64,000 bases of DNA from Collinsella sp. (GTDB lineage: Bacteria; Actinomycetota; Coriobacteriia; Coriobacteriales; Coriobacteriaceae), in contig JAUMOL010000023.1 in assembly GCA_031295385.1 (NCBI GenBank), positions 230 through 64,229 on the forward strand, given 5' to 3'. Below are positions 1-9,506 of the stretch, in pieces (within the stretch, counting starts at the first letter, position 1; the number at the start of each line of letters is the position of its first letter). The position numbers were made by a program, and so were the translations under genes. The notes beneath the pieces were generated by a model that saw only the letters and a list, made by a program, of their open reading frames with translations, did no database searches and had not been told where the DNA came from.

Positions 1-76
1 GTGCGCGCTTTCTCGTTTCTTGTTAGACTTCTTGAGAACCATCGATTAACGCTCACAAGTGCAGGAGGCCATAGGC

Positions 77-1471
77 ATGTGCAATGTTTCGCTCAACGGT
101 ACGCAACCGTCCGATGCGTCCCTGCGCGTCCTGCGCGCGCTTGAGGCGGCTGGTCTTGAGGCTTGGTACGTGGGCGGTTGGGTGCGCGACGCCCTGATGG
201 GGTACCCCAGCCACGATGTTGATATGTGCTGTAGCGGCCTGTGGCAGGAGTCCAAAGCGGCGCTCGAGGCCGCCGGCATCGCGGTTGTGGAGTCGGGCAT
301 TAAATTTGGCGGAATCACGGCTATTTCCGATGGCGAGCGTATCGAGGTCACCACGTACCGTCTGGATGGCTTTTACACCGATGGTCGTCATCCCCAGAGT
401 GTGGAGCGTGCCGCCTCGCTCGAGGACGATCTGGCGCGCCGCGACTTTACCGTCAATGCCATGGCCTGGCATCCCGAGCGCGGGCTTGTCGACCGCTACG
501 ACGGCCAGGGTGATCTGGAGCGCAAGCTGATTCGCGCTGTCGGCGATCCCAAGCGTCGCTTTAACGAGGACGCCCTGCGCATGCTGCGTGCGGTGCGCTT
601 TGCCTGCCGTCTGGACTTTATGATTGAGCCCGAGACTAAGCGTGCGCTTGCCGAGTGCGCGCCGCTGCTTGATGCCGTGGCGCGTGAGCGTGTGGGTATT
701 GAGCTCGAGGGCATTCTTTCGACCGGTCATGGGGGAGACGCGATGCTCCGCTATCCCGAGCTCATCTGCGCCGCCGTGCCCGAGTTGGCAGCGGGTCGCG
801 GGTTTGATCAGCGCAGTGTCTATCATGCGTTTAACGTCTACGTGCATATTGCCCGTGTGCTGACGGTGGCGGGGGAGCTCGCGCTGTGTGACGGCGTCGC
901 GCCCTCGTCGAGCCTTATGTGGGCGGCGTTTTTGCACGATGTGTCCAAGCCCGAGTGCTTCACGGTCGACCATGCCGGTAGCGGACACTTCTACGGTCAT
1001 CCCGAGCTCGGCGCCAAGAAGGCGCGCGTCATTATGGATCGCCTGGCGCTCTCGCACGACTTGGTGCGCGACGTGTGTCTGCTCATCAAATACCATGACA
1101 AGCCGCTGCGCCCCGAGCGCTCCTGTCTGCTCAATATGATGCGCGCGCTTTCGGGTGAGGGCGTCGACACGGCCCGCCTGATTGACGAGCTCATGGACCT
1201 TAAGCGTGCCGACACACTTGGCAAGGCCCCGTCTTGCTTCTATTACGTTGAGACGATTGAGGAGATGCGCGCGATGGCGCACGAGCTGCTGAGGGCGGGG
1301 GAGCCCTATACGCTCAAGATGCTCGCCATCAACGGCGGCGACCTGATCCGTGCTGGAGTCAAGCCCGGGCCGGAACTGGGGCAGTTTCTCAACTCCGCCC
1401 TCGACGCCGTGATCGAAGACAACATTCCCAACGATCGCGAAGCTCTTTTGGTCCATCTCAACTTGAATTAG
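77..1471 (+). CDS. cca: CCA-adding tRNA nucleotidyltransferase (poly(A) polymerase/HD family)
   Basis: ORF 59..1471. The ATG at 77 is preceded by AGGAGG. Motifs: GGWVRDALMG, RDFTVNAM, and the HD-type FLHDVSKPE. Confidence 0.85.
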   Translation: MCNVSLNGTQPSDASLRVLRALEAAGLEAWYVGGWVRDALMGYPSHDVDMCCSGLWQESKAALEAAGIAVVESGIKFGGITAISDGERIEVTTYRLDGFYTDGRHPQSVERAASLEDDLARRDFTVNAMAWHPERGLVDRYDGQGDLERKLIRAVGDPKRRFNEDALRMLRAVRFACRLDFMIEPETKRALAECAPLLDAVARERVGIELEGILSTGHGGDAMLRYPELICAAVPELAAGRGFDQRSVYHAFNVYVHIARVLTVAGELALCDGVAPSSSLMWAAFLHDVSKPECFTVDHAGSGHFYGHPELGAKKARVIMDRLALSHDLVRDVCLLIKYHDKPLRPERSCLLNMMRALSGEGVDTARLIDELMDLKRADTLGKAPSCFYYVETIEEMRAMAHELLRAGEPYTLKMLAINGGDLIRAGVKPGPELGQFLNSALDAVIEDNIPNDREALLVHLNLN

Positions 1472-1535
1472 CTACCTAGTTTACCTGCGTGTTCCATAAC
1501 CTGCCGACAATTTTTCGGCAATTTGGAATTTCTTC

Positions 1536-1564
1536 TTGCGCTGACGTTTTTTGTCCCGTAATAT
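1536..1564 (+). promoter_or_regulatory. Candidate sigma-70-type promoter for tRNA-Glu
   Basis: TTGCGC, a 17-nt spacer, then TAATAT, ending about 35 nt upstream of the tRNA. Confidence 0.45.
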
Positions 1565-1598
1565 ATTTCCTCGCAGCACGGCAGTGCAGATGTCATGT

Positions 1599-1675
1599 GG
1601 CCCGTTCGTCTAGCGGTTTAGGACGCCGCCCTCTCAAGGCGGAGATCACCAGTTCGAATCTGGTACGGGCTACCA
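1599..1675 (+). tRNA. tRNA-Glu (anticodon CTC), CCA encoded
   Basis: Cloverleaf read by eye. Acceptor stem GGCCCGT/ACGGGCT, anticodon stem CCGCC/GGCGG with loop CTCTCAA, T-arm GGTTCGAATC-like, and 3' ACCA. Confidence 0.9.
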
Positions 1676-1686
1676 CGCATCTGATA

Positions 1687-1717
1687 CCCGGACTTCCCAT
1701 GGAAGTCCGGGTTTTTT
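1687..1717 (+). terminator. Rho-independent terminator after tRNA-Glu
   Basis: 11-bp stem CCCGGACTTCC/GGAAGTCCGGG followed by TTTTTT. Confidence 0.85.
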
Positions 1718-1825
1718 GTTATCAAACAACCGTCTGCAATTCCCGTTTGAACCAGAGCTTTGCGTTCTGCCTATGGCCCTTACGGGTACAATATCCAAGA
1801 TATTTTGACTGTTAGAAGGAGTCTC

Positions 1826-3133
1826 ATGACGGAGTCCTCTCAGCATACGTCTAAGCCCCAGGTCGAGGTTGAGGCCTCGGGCGGAGATGACAATAAGAGC
1901 GCACGCCGCGGCGCCATCTTTATCGGCGTCGTGCTGGTGGGTTATATCGTCTATCTGGTGGTAACCGGGCAGATGGGGCAGTTCTGGGCCGCAATGTCGA
2001 GCGTCCAGGCGCCATGGCTCGTTGTCGCGTGTCTTTGCATGTTCATGTATCTGTTCTTTGGCATTGTGGCCTATGCGATCGCCGTCTGGCTCGACCCATA
2101 TTCACCCGTCGGTATTCGCGACCTCATTTCGGTCGAGGCGAGCGGCATCTTCTTTGGCAACCTGACGCCCATGATGATGGGCTCGACTCCCGCCCAGATC
2201 TACCGCCTGACCAAGGCGGGCCAAAATGTCGGCGAGGCTGGCGCCACGCAGTTTACGCGCTTTATCGTGTATCAGTTTGGCCTCGTTGCCTGGGGCGCTA
2301 TCCTACTGCTTGCTCGCATGCCGTTTTTTGCCGAGCGCTATGGCGACATGACGCTGCTGTGTGTCTTTAGCTTTGGTGGGCACTGCTGCATCTTGCTGGG
2401 CATCTTCGCCGTCGCGCTCATGCCTAAGACCGTCACGCGCGTCGCCCATTGCATCATCAATTGGCTTGAGCGCATTGGTGTCTCGGCCACTAAGATCGAG
2501 GGATGGCGCACGTTTGTCGATGGCGAGATCTACTCCTTTTCCGAGAAGTTCAAGCTTTCAGCCGGACATTTTTCTTCCATGCTGCTCACGGTGGTCATCA
2601 CCATGCTGCAACTCGCGTTTTTCTACCTCGTGCCGTATTTCCTGATGCTTGCCTTTGGCCACCACGAGGTCGACTTTTTCTCGGTCATGGCCGCGAGCGC
2701 CTTTGTCCAGCTGCTGAGCTCTGCGGTCCCCCTGCCCGGTGGAACTGGTGGCGCTGAGGGCGGCTTTGCATTGTTCTTGGGTCATTTCTTTGGGTCGGCT
2801 TCGACCGCTGGCTATCTGCTGTGGCGCCTCATTACGTTTATTGCGCCGACCATTTTGGCTGCGCCCCTGCTGGGACTTAAGAGCGCCCACAACGAGAGCA
2901 TCCATGCGCGCTGGGATCGTGTGATGCGCAAGCTCGGCCGCACGCCTCAGACGCCCTCTGCGCCCACTATGCCGCACCCCACGAATGCTGTTACCGTTGA
3001 TCCCAAGAAGCGCGCTCAGAAGGCTTCTGGGACCGCTAAGCCGGCTCATAAAGCCTATGTGCGCCAGACAGGCGATGGTATTCGCGTATCTCCGTCGGCA
3101 CTCAATAAGAAGAAGCATCCCAAGTCGCAGTAG
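1826..3133 (+). CDS. Polytopic membrane protein, lysyl-phosphatidylglycerol-synthase TM-region / flippase-like family (UPF0104-like)
   Basis: ORF 1760..3133. The ATG at 1826 follows GAAGGAG. There are many hydrophobic helices, a PLPGGTGGAEGGF motif and a basic C-terminal tail. Confidence 0.6.
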   Translation: MTESSQHTSKPQVEVEASGGDDNKSARRGAIFIGVVLVGYIVYLVVTGQMGQFWAAMSSVQAPWLVVACLCMFMYLFFGIVAYAIAVWLDPYSPVGIRDLISVEASGIFFGNLTPMMMGSTPAQIYRLTKAGQNVGEAGATQFTRFIVYQFGLVAWGAILLLARMPFFAERYGDMTLLCVFSFGGHCCILLGIFAVALMPKTVTRVAHCIINWLERIGVSATKIEGWRTFVDGEIYSFSEKFKLSAGHFSSMLLTVVITMLQLAFFYLVPYFLMLAFGHHEVDFFSVMAASAFVQLLSSAVPLPGGTGGAEGGFALFLGHFFGSASTAGYLLWRLITFIAPTILAAPLLGLKSAHNESIHARWDRVMRKLGRTPQTPSAPTMPHPTNAVTVDPKKRAQKASGTAKPAHKAYVRQTGDGIRVSPSALNKKKHPKSQ

Positions 3134-3182
3134 GGCAGTCGTGCGTTCTTCATGATGCGGGGCATATTTGTGCTGTATGGGG

Positions 3183-3206
3183 GATAATCCTCTTACGTAG
3201 ATTATC
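3183..3206. promoter_or_regulatory. Candidate TetR operator (inverted repeat GATAATC-N10-GATTATC)
   Basis: Perfect 7-bp inverted repeat about 45-65 bp upstream of the TetR start. Confidence 0.3.
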
Positions 3207-3249
3207 TCTCATCTGTTGATGAATGCTCGCATATCGAAGGGACACGCCC

Positions 3250-3861
3250 ATGGCAACCAGCAAACCGCGTCTTGATCGTCGCATCGTTCGCAGCCGTAAT
3301 GCCATCCTTTCCGCTTTCGAGCGCCTGCTCATGGAAAAGCCGCTGGCAGACATTACGGTGAGTGCCATCGCGCGCGAGGCCAATGTCGACCGCAAGACCT
3401 TTTACGTTCACTTTGGTACGGTTGACGGCCTGCTCGATGCCATTGCCGTCGATGTGGTGGAGATGATTGTCGACTCGGTCGAGAAAACGCTTGCTTCAAT
3501 GGACGGCGACACCAATGAGCGCGCTCTTGGCGCGGCGGCGACCTTCTTTAAAACCGTTAACGAGGCACTGTGCAACAATTTGGTGCTCAATCGTCAGCTG
3601 ATCGAGAACATTCCGCTCGATGATTTTATGGCTCGTCTTCGTGCGCCGCTCGAGCACGAGATTGCCGAGCGCGATCTGCTGCCCCAAGGTCTCAAGGACG
3701 AGATGTTCGACTACTATCTGGCGTTTTTGCTGTCGGGTATTATCGGTATCTATCGCACGTGGGCATTGTCTGATGGCTCGGTTCCTATCGAGCGCGTCTC
3801 GGAGGTTGCCAACGACCTCACACTCAACGGCCTGTCGAGCCTGGAATCTCGCTTCGAATAG
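3250..3861 (+). CDS. TetR/AcrR family transcriptional regulator
   Basis: N-terminal HTH region: ITVSAIAREANVDRKTFYVHFGTVDGLL. Size about 200 aa. Confidence 0.85.
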   Translation: MATSKPRLDRRIVRSRNAILSAFERLLMEKPLADITVSAIAREANVDRKTFYVHFGTVDGLLDAIAVDVVEMIVDSVEKTLASMDGDTNERALGAAATFFKTVNEALCNNLVLNRQLIENIPLDDFMARLRAPLEHEIAERDLLPQGLKDEMFDYYLAFLLSGIIGIYRTWALSDGSVPIERVSEVANDLTLNGLSSLESRFE

Positions 3862-3885
3862 CATCGATAATTCAACAACTTAAAG

Positions 3886-3953
3886 AAGTTGCGGTGGAAT
3901 AGGGATCGTTTGGTTATTGGAAGGCCGATCTAGTCCCTATTTCACCGCAACTT
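3886..3953. repeat. 68-bp inverted-repeat element, full copy 1 (arms AAGTTGCGGTG[G/A]AATAGGGA)
   Basis: 20-nt arms at 3886..3905 and 3934..3953 with 1 mismatch. The same arms recur at 43587..43654, and half copies lie at 5617 and 27424. Confidence 0.8.
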
Positions 3954-3974
3954 AGTAAAACTGTTTTGATGGTA

Positions 3975-4017
3975 AGGCGGAGCAGCCTCGAAGATGAGCC
4001 TCGAGACTGCTCCGCCT
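3975..4017. terminator. Long GC hairpin between convergent TetR and radical-SAM genes (candidate terminator)
   Basis: Stem AGGCGGAGCAG/CTGCTCCGCCT with an inner CTCGA/TCGAG stem. The flanking T-runs are weak. Confidence 0.45.
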
Positions 4018-4048
4018 CATTTCTGAGCGTTTGTCGTGTAGAACAGCA

Positions 4049-5482
4049 TTAATCGCCGTTTTTGAGCGTGCGGCCCTGCTTTTCGAACTTGTGCATGTCG
4101 CTATCGGCCATACCCTGTGACTTATCCTCGTGACGCTTGGCGTATAGCGGATCGTCGGAGTCGTTCCAGATGCGGTCGGCGACAGGTGACCATGCCTCGG
4201 CGGCAGCCTGGGTCTTTTCGCGCAGCTGCTCGGGTGACTCCTTCTCGATAAGATCGGTGCTCATTGCGCCACTCTCGGCAACCATTTTGGGTAGCACGTC
4301 GGGATTCTCGAGCATGGGGCATGGTTTGAGGTAGTTGTCGTTGAACGGCATGTTCTCGTAGTACTTCATAAAGAGGGGAGAGCGCAGCGCGTCGAGTAAG
4401 CTCACATCGTGGATGTTGGCGTTTGAGTAGTGGATGAACACGCACGGCTCCACGTCTCCGGCGGCGTTGATGTGCAGGTAGCGGCGGCCGCCGGCGATAC
4501 ATCCGCCTACAAACTCGCCGTCGTTTTGGAAGTCGAGCGTAAACAGCGGCTTCTTCTCACGCATTTCGCGGATAAAGTGATACATGTGCTCGCGCTGCTC
4601 GGGCGTGGGCATGAGCTCGGGGGTTGCATTGCGGCCAACCGGCATAAAGTGGAAGTACCAGCAGAAGAGTGCTCCCTTGCCGATCATCCAGTCCATGTTC
4701 TCCTCGGTAGCAACCGTATCGGCATTGGCGCTGGTCCAACAGGTGGAGATACCAAATGGCAAGTCGCGCTCGCGCAGGAGTTTCATGGCGTGCTCGATCT
4801 TTGCGTAGGTACCCTCGCCGCGACGGGCGTCGGTGGTGTGCTCATTGCCCTCGGCGCTGATGGCGGGGACAAAATTACCTACGCGAATCATATCGTCACA
4901 GAAGGCCTCGTCGATCAGCGTGGAGTTGGTAAAGCAGAGAAACACGCAGTCCTGATGTTTTTCGCAAATTCTGATCAGGTCGTGCTTGCGGACGAGCGGC
5001 TCGCCGCCGGTATAGATGTAGATATGCGTACCGAGCTCTTTGCCCTGCGTAACGATAGAGTCGATGTCTTCGAACGAGAGATTCTGCTTGTGGCCGTACT
5101 CGGCGGCCCAGCAGCCCGTGCAATGCAGGTTGCAGGCGCTCGTGGGATCGAGCAGGATGGCCCACGGAACGTTGCACTGGTACTTTTCGCGGTTCTTTTC
5201 CTGCTCTGGCCAAGCAAGCAGGTTGGCGTCGACAATGAGAGTCTTAAGCAGTTTGGTTCGCATCTGGGGATTAAGGCTGAACACACGCATGATCAGGTCA
5301 TACCAATTGCCGCGGCTCTTGATGACATTGGTGAATGCCTCTCGCTGTACAGGAAATACGCGATTGGGGACCAGCTTGTTCACGAGATCCATGATTTTGT
5401 CGATGTTTTCTTGCGGGTTGTCGTCGAGATAATCGATGAGCTTGTTAAGCGCTGCACGCTCTGCTGACTGTGTAAGCGACAT
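4049..5482 (-). CDS. Radical SAM protein with SPASM-like Cys-rich C-terminal region, function unknown
   Basis: CNLHCTGC (CX3CX2C) motif, the segment GGCIAGGRRYLHINAAGDVEPCVFIHYS, and KPCPMLENP. AAAGGA RBS before the ATG at 5482. Confidence 0.8.
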   Translation of the reverse strand: MSLTQSAERAALNKLIDYLDDNPQENIDKIMDLVNKLVPNRVFPVQREAFTNVIKSRGNWYDLIMRVFSLNPQMRTKLLKTLIVDANLLAWPEQEKNREKYQCNVPWAILLDPTSACNLHCTGCWAAEYGHKQNLSFEDIDSIVTQGKELGTHIYIYTGGEPLVRKHDLIRICEKHQDCVFLCFTNSTLIDEAFCDDMIRVGNFVPAISAEGNEHTTDARRGEGTYAKIEHAMKLLRERDLPFGISTCWTSANADTVATEENMDWMIGKGALFCWYFHFMPVGRNATPELMPTPEQREHMYHFIREMREKKPLFTLDFQNDGEFVGGCIAGGRRYLHINAAGDVEPCVFIHYSNANIHDVSLLDALRSPLFMKYYENMPFNDNYLKPCPMLENPDVLPKMVAESGAMSTDLIEKESPEQLREKTQAAAEAWSPVADRIWNDSDDPLYAKRHEDKSQGMADSDMHKFEKQGRTLKNGD

Positions 5483-5616
5483 GGGTATATCCTTTCACGT
5501 GTGCTTCATGTGTGATAATACCCACTTGTGGATTAAACGAAGTCTAAAGATTTGTAATGTGTCTATTCAACGAATCAATTTAATTTGGGGTGAAGCGTTA
5601 TACGCCGACACCTTCT

Positions 5617-5633
5617 AAGTTGCGGTGAAATAG
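5617..5633. repeat. Half copy (left arm only) of the AAGTTGCGGTGAAATAG element
   Basis: 17/17 identity to the left arm at 43587. No matching right arm nearby. Confidence 0.6.
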
Positions 5634-5670
5634 TGTCAGATGGGGATACGGACGATTTCTTGGGCCGCGC

Positions 5671-6885
5671 CTAGGCGTATCCATTGGAATCCTCCGATGC
5701 GCCTTCGCACGCTCGCATGACCTCGATACCATGTGAGCGTGCGAACTCGACGAGCTCTGCGTTGCGGGCGTTTATGGTGCCGAAGGCAGCGGGGCACACG
5801 ATAAGGCGCGCGCAGTGGACGAGGAGCTCTTTGGCGCGGGCTATGGTTTTATCCCCGATCGGCTCGAAGGCGCGCTCGGCCACGCATTCCGTCGCCAGGT
5901 CGCGCGCGAGCTCGCAGTCGATGTCCCCTTCGTGCAGAACGCCCGCGTAGAACGCCTTGCCCTGCCGGATGAGCTGGCGAAACACAGCCGACCCCGTACC
6001 TGCGCCGGCGATGACGAACGTGTGTGCATCGCCGTGTGGGTGCCCAATTTCTACGCTGCCGAAGCGCTCGTTGAAGGTTCCATGTTGAAGGCCGTAGAGC
6101 TCGCCAATCGTCTCGCGCGTGAATATGTCCTCGGGTGCGCCGGCGCGGAAGACCCGGCCGTCCTTCACGCAAATCACCTTGTCGGCGCTTTTCTGCGCGA
6201 GCTCGAGTTCGTGGATGGACATGATGACAGCAACATTCCGCGATTTCGCAAGGTGGCGAAGTATTCGCAGCAGGTCGATCTGGTAGCGGATATCGAGATA
6301 CGACGTGGGCTCATCGAGCACGAGCACACGCGGATCCTGCGCGATGGCGCGTGCGAGCATGACGCGCTGGCGTTGCCCGTCGCTTATCTGCATGAAGTCG
6401 CGCTCGGCGAGCCCTTCCACATGTGCGGTTTTCATGGCCTCGTCGACCCGATTATGGTCATCGGGCGTGAGTGTGCCCATTCGCCCGGTGTAGGGATGCC
6501 TTCCCGCCTCTACGATATCGCGGCAGGTGAGGAGCTCGGTCCGGGGGCGATCTGTCAGCATAACGGCAAGGTTCCTTGCGAACTCCGCCGTCTTCCATCG
6601 GGAAATCTCCCGCCCGTCGAGCTCGACCGTGCCGGCAAGCGGTGCCAGATGGCGTGTGATTGTTTTCAAGATGGTCGACTTGCCCGAGCCGTTCGGCCCG
6701 ATGAGCGCCACGACGTCGCCCGCGCGAACCTCCAGATCGACGCCTTCGACTACGACCTTCTTGTCGTAGCCCGCCGACAGGTCGCTTATGCGGAAAAGCG
6801 GCGCTCCGTCAGCCTGCGTTTCGACCGGGGTTTCGAGGTTCGACTCCCCTCCGAGCGTTTTGGGCTGCGGCACGAATTTCCCCAT
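5671..6885 (-). CDS. ABC transporter ATP-binding protein (FecE/BtuD-like) with an extra ~140-aa C-terminal domain
   Basis: Walker A GPNGSGKST, signature ISDGQRQRV, Walker B VLVLDEPTS. The last ~140 aa extend beyond a normal ~260-aa NBD. Confidence 0.85.
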   Translation of the reverse strand: MGKFVPQPKTLGGESNLETPVETQADGAPLFRISDLSAGYDKKVVVEGVDLEVRAGDVVALIGPNGSGKSTILKTITRHLAPLAGTVELDGREISRWKTAEFARNLAVMLTDRPRTELLTCRDIVEAGRHPYTGRMGTLTPDDHNRVDEAMKTAHVEGLAERDFMQISDGQRQRVMLARAIAQDPRVLVLDEPTSYLDIRYQIDLLRILRHLAKSRNVAVIMSIHELELAQKSADKVICVKDGRVFRAGAPEDIFTRETIGELYGLQHGTFNERFGSVEIGHPHGDAHTFVIAGAGTGSAVFRQLIRQGKAFYAGVLHEGDIDCELARDLATECVAERAFEPIGDKTIARAKELLVHCARLIVCPAAFGTINARNAELVEFARSHGIEVMRACEGASEDSNGYA

Positions 6886-7926
6886 CTACCTCACCCGCTT
6901 CTTCAACATGAGTGCGATAACCACCGGCGCGCCGAAGATGGCGGTGACGGCGCTGATGGAAAGCTCGACGGGGGAGAACAGCGTGCGTGCGATCAAATCG
7001 CAGCCCGCGCAGAAGATGGCGCCTCCCAAGAAGCACGCAGGAATCACGCGGATGGGCTTCGACGACTTCAGCGCCGACTTAACGAGATGCGGAACCGCGA
7101 TGCCTACGAACGACACCGGACCAGCGAACGCGGTCACGCAGGCGGAGAGCATGCTTGCTAGAAGGACGAGCACCACGCGGAAGCGTGCGACGTTCACGCC
7201 GACGCTTTTTGCGTAGGCTTCTCCCAGCTGGAAGGCGGAAAGGGGCTTCGATATCGCGAATACGCATGCGCTCACGGTGATCACCACGACCGCGATGACC
7301 GCGATGTCGTCCCAGCTCGAACCCGAGAAGCTACCCAAAGACCAGTTGTGCAGGTTCACGATGGACTGGTCGTCGGCGAAGGCGATGAGGAAGTTCGTCG
7401 CCGCCGAGCAGATGTATCCCACCATGACGCCCGCCACGATGAGCATGGCCATGGAACTTATGCGCCGTGCGATGAGGAGCACGAAGCCGATGGTGATAAG
7501 CGATCCCAGAAACGCTGCGGCCACCATGACCGGCGAGGACATGGCCTGGTTCGCGCCCAGAAGCACGATCATCGTAAGCGCGACGACGAACTTTGCGCCC
7601 GAGGAGACGCCCAAGATGAACGGGTCGGCGATGGGGTTGTTGAAAAACGTCTGCAGTAGGAACCCGGAAAGCGAAAGTGCCCCGCCGAGAAGCACGGCTG
7701 AAAGCACGCGCGGCAGGCGAATCTCCCAGATGACCTGGCTTTCCATGGAATTGGCCGCGCCGCCCGAAAGGATGCCGGGGATGTGGTCTGCTGGCACGAG
7801 CACGCTCCCGATGCACAGGTTGGCCCCGACGAGCACGATGAGGGCAACAGCGAGCAGCGCCGTCACGACGCGACACCGCGCGGCGCGCCCCGATTCGTCG
7901 TATGTCATGGAAAGCCGGCTTCTCAT
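6886..7926 (-). CDS. FecCD/BtuC-family ABC permease (iron-siderophore/cobalamin type)
   Basis: About 10 hydrophobic helices and the motif GPVSFVGIAVPHLV. The start is uncertain: ATG at 7926 or TTG at 7938. Confidence 0.85.
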   Translation of the reverse strand: MRSRLSMTYDESGRAARCRVVTALLAVALIVLVGANLCIGSVLVPADHIPGILSGGAANSMESQVIWEIRLPRVLSAVLLGGALSLSGFLLQTFFNNPIADPFILGVSSGAKFVVALTMIVLLGANQAMSSPVMVAAAFLGSLITIGFVLLIARRISSMAMLIVAGVMVGYICSAATNFLIAFADDQSIVNLHNWSLGSFSGSSWDDIAVIAVVVITVSACVFAISKPLSAFQLGEAYAKSVGVNVARFRVVLVLLASMLSACVTAFAGPVSFVGIAVPHLVKSALKSSKPIRVIPACFLGGAIFCAGCDLIARTLFSPVELSISAVTAIFGAPVVIALMLKKRVR

Positions 7927-7930
7927 GACG

Positions 7931-9502
7931 CTAGCCAAGCTTCCTCAGATAATGGAAGTCGCTCGCGTCATCGCCGGTGAACGCCCCGTGCAGCTCGTCG
8001 ATAATGTCGGCGGTAGAAGTCATCTGCTGGTACACGTCGGCGCTTGTGACCCAGACGTTGCCGTTCTTTACAGCTTTGAACTGCGACAATAGCGCGTTTT
8101 TGCCTACGAAGTCTTTCAAGGTGGCAACCGATTCGTCGATGGTGCCGTTGTAGACGATGATGTCGGCATCCTTCGCCGTCGCGTAGAAGCGCTCCATTTC
8201 GAGCGTTACTGACGAACCTGACGTCGACGCCGTCTGCGCGTCATCGAGCGCGTAGCTGCCGCCTGCAAGCTCGATCATCTGCGCCACGTAGTCGCCCGCC
8301 CGCCGCGTGACGGCGGCCCCGTTCGAGTTAATGTAGAAATACGCCACGGTTTTACCTGACGACGCGAGCCTCGACGTTTGCTCGACGCGGGCCTTCTGCT
8401 CGTTGAACAGGTGCGCGGCCTCGTCTTCCTTGTCGAACAGGACGCCGAAAAGCTTAATCCACTCGACGCGCCCGAGTGCTTCGGGCTCGCTCGACGACTG
8501 TTCGGTGAGCACGACGAGCCCGAGCTTCTGCAGCTTTTCCTTCACATCGGGCGTGTGGTTGATCATGGTGTTCTCGATGGCGAGCGTGCAGCCCGAGGCC
8601 GATATTCGCTCGTAGTCGGGTGCGCTGTACTTGCCGCCGTAGGCGATCGCCCCACTTTCGAGCGCGCTTTTGAAGCCCCCGACCGAGCAATCGTCGGCCT
8701 TCGTGCCCGACATGAGGATATTGTCGTTCGCATCGAGCGCGTCGACCAGGCACATCGTCGCCGACGACACGAGGTACACCTTGTCGGCGGGGCGCCTTAT
8801 GACCGCGATGTCAGAGCTCAACCCATCAGGTACCTTCGCATCTTGCGGTACCACGAGGAAGCGCTCCCCGTTCGAAACGCAGATAAGCCGCAGGCCGCCT
8901 TCGAACTCGTCGACAGTGAAGTGCTTGGCGTATTCAAGCTGAAGCGTCCCCGTCGGCTCCCAGCCGCAGCCCAAATCTGGGTTGTGGAAGTCGGCCGCGG
9001 CGCTTGAAGCCGTTCCCGCGGGGGAGTCGCCGCTTGCATCGTCGCCCGATTTCTCCTTCATGGTGGATGAGTCGAAGTGGAGCGTGTAGTCGATGGTGTG
9101 CGGCGTCGACATGGCGACGGTCTCGGCCGACACGGCGATGTCCTCGTCGAGCGTGACGGGTATCTCGAACGTGGAGTTGCCGCCGTCGTTTACGGGCGCG
9201 TAGTCCACGCCGTCGACGGTCATTTTGTCGTAGTTCGAACTCGACCAGGTGATGGTCGCGGTGTAGGTGTCGCCATCCTTCACAATTGTGGTGGGTGAGG
9301 CGATGCTTGCGCGCCCTGACCCGCCGGAGAGCGAGACGCTCACAGTGTATTCCTGAGAGCCTGCCGTGCCACCGGTCGCGTTCGGGCTCGCACTGCACCC
9401 CGCGAAGGGAAGCGCGAACAGGGCGACGAGAACGCAGGCGATCGCGCTCACCGCGATGCTGCGACGCTTCCTGCTTTCCCCCTTGGGAAGAATCGACCGC
9501 AT
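7931..9502 (-). CDS. Substrate-binding lipoprotein (BtuF/FecB-type periplasmic binding fold) with an extra N-terminal ~125-aa module
   Basis: Signal peptide plus lipobox LPFAGCS. The C-terminal ~330 aa look like a class III SBP. The N-terminal module is paralogous to the adjacent small lipoprotein. Confidence 0.75.
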   Translation of the reverse strand: MRSILPKGESRKRRSIAVSAIACVLVALFALPFAGCSASPNATGGTAGSQEYTVSVSLSGGSGRASIASPTTIVKDGDTYTATITWSSSNYDKMTVDGVDYAPVNDGGNSTFEIPVTLDEDIAVSAETVAMSTPHTIDYTLHFDSSTMKEKSGDDASGDSPAGTASSAAADFHNPDLGCGWEPTGTLQLEYAKHFTVDEFEGGLRLICVSNGERFLVVPQDAKVPDGLSSDIAVIRRPADKVYLVSSATMCLVDALDANDNILMSGTKADDCSVGGFKSALESGAIAYGGKYSAPDYERISASGCTLAIENTMINHTPDVKEKLQKLGLVVLTEQSSSEPEALGRVEWIKLFGVLFDKEDEAAHLFNEQKARVEQTSRLASSGKTVAYFYINSNGAAVTRRAGDYVAQMIELAGGSYALDDAQTASTSGSSVTLEMERFYATAKDADIIVYNGTIDESVATLKDFVGKNALLSQFKAVKNGNVWVTSADVYQQMTSTADIIDELHGAFTGDDASDFHYLRKLG

Positions 9503-9506
9503 GGCG

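Noticed and set aside
3886-3953. A CRISPR array interpretation of the repeated AAGTTGCGGTGAAATAGGGA sequence
   Set aside because: The copies occur as inverted pairs or lone halves tens of kb apart. They are not direct repeats with regular spacers, and no cas genes are present.
5436-5618. 60-aa plus-strand ORF next to the radical-SAM gene as a possible RiPP precursor
   Set aside because: It overlaps the radical-SAM start codon on the opposite strand, lies in AT-rich promoter DNA, has no RBS, and has no leader/core-like features.
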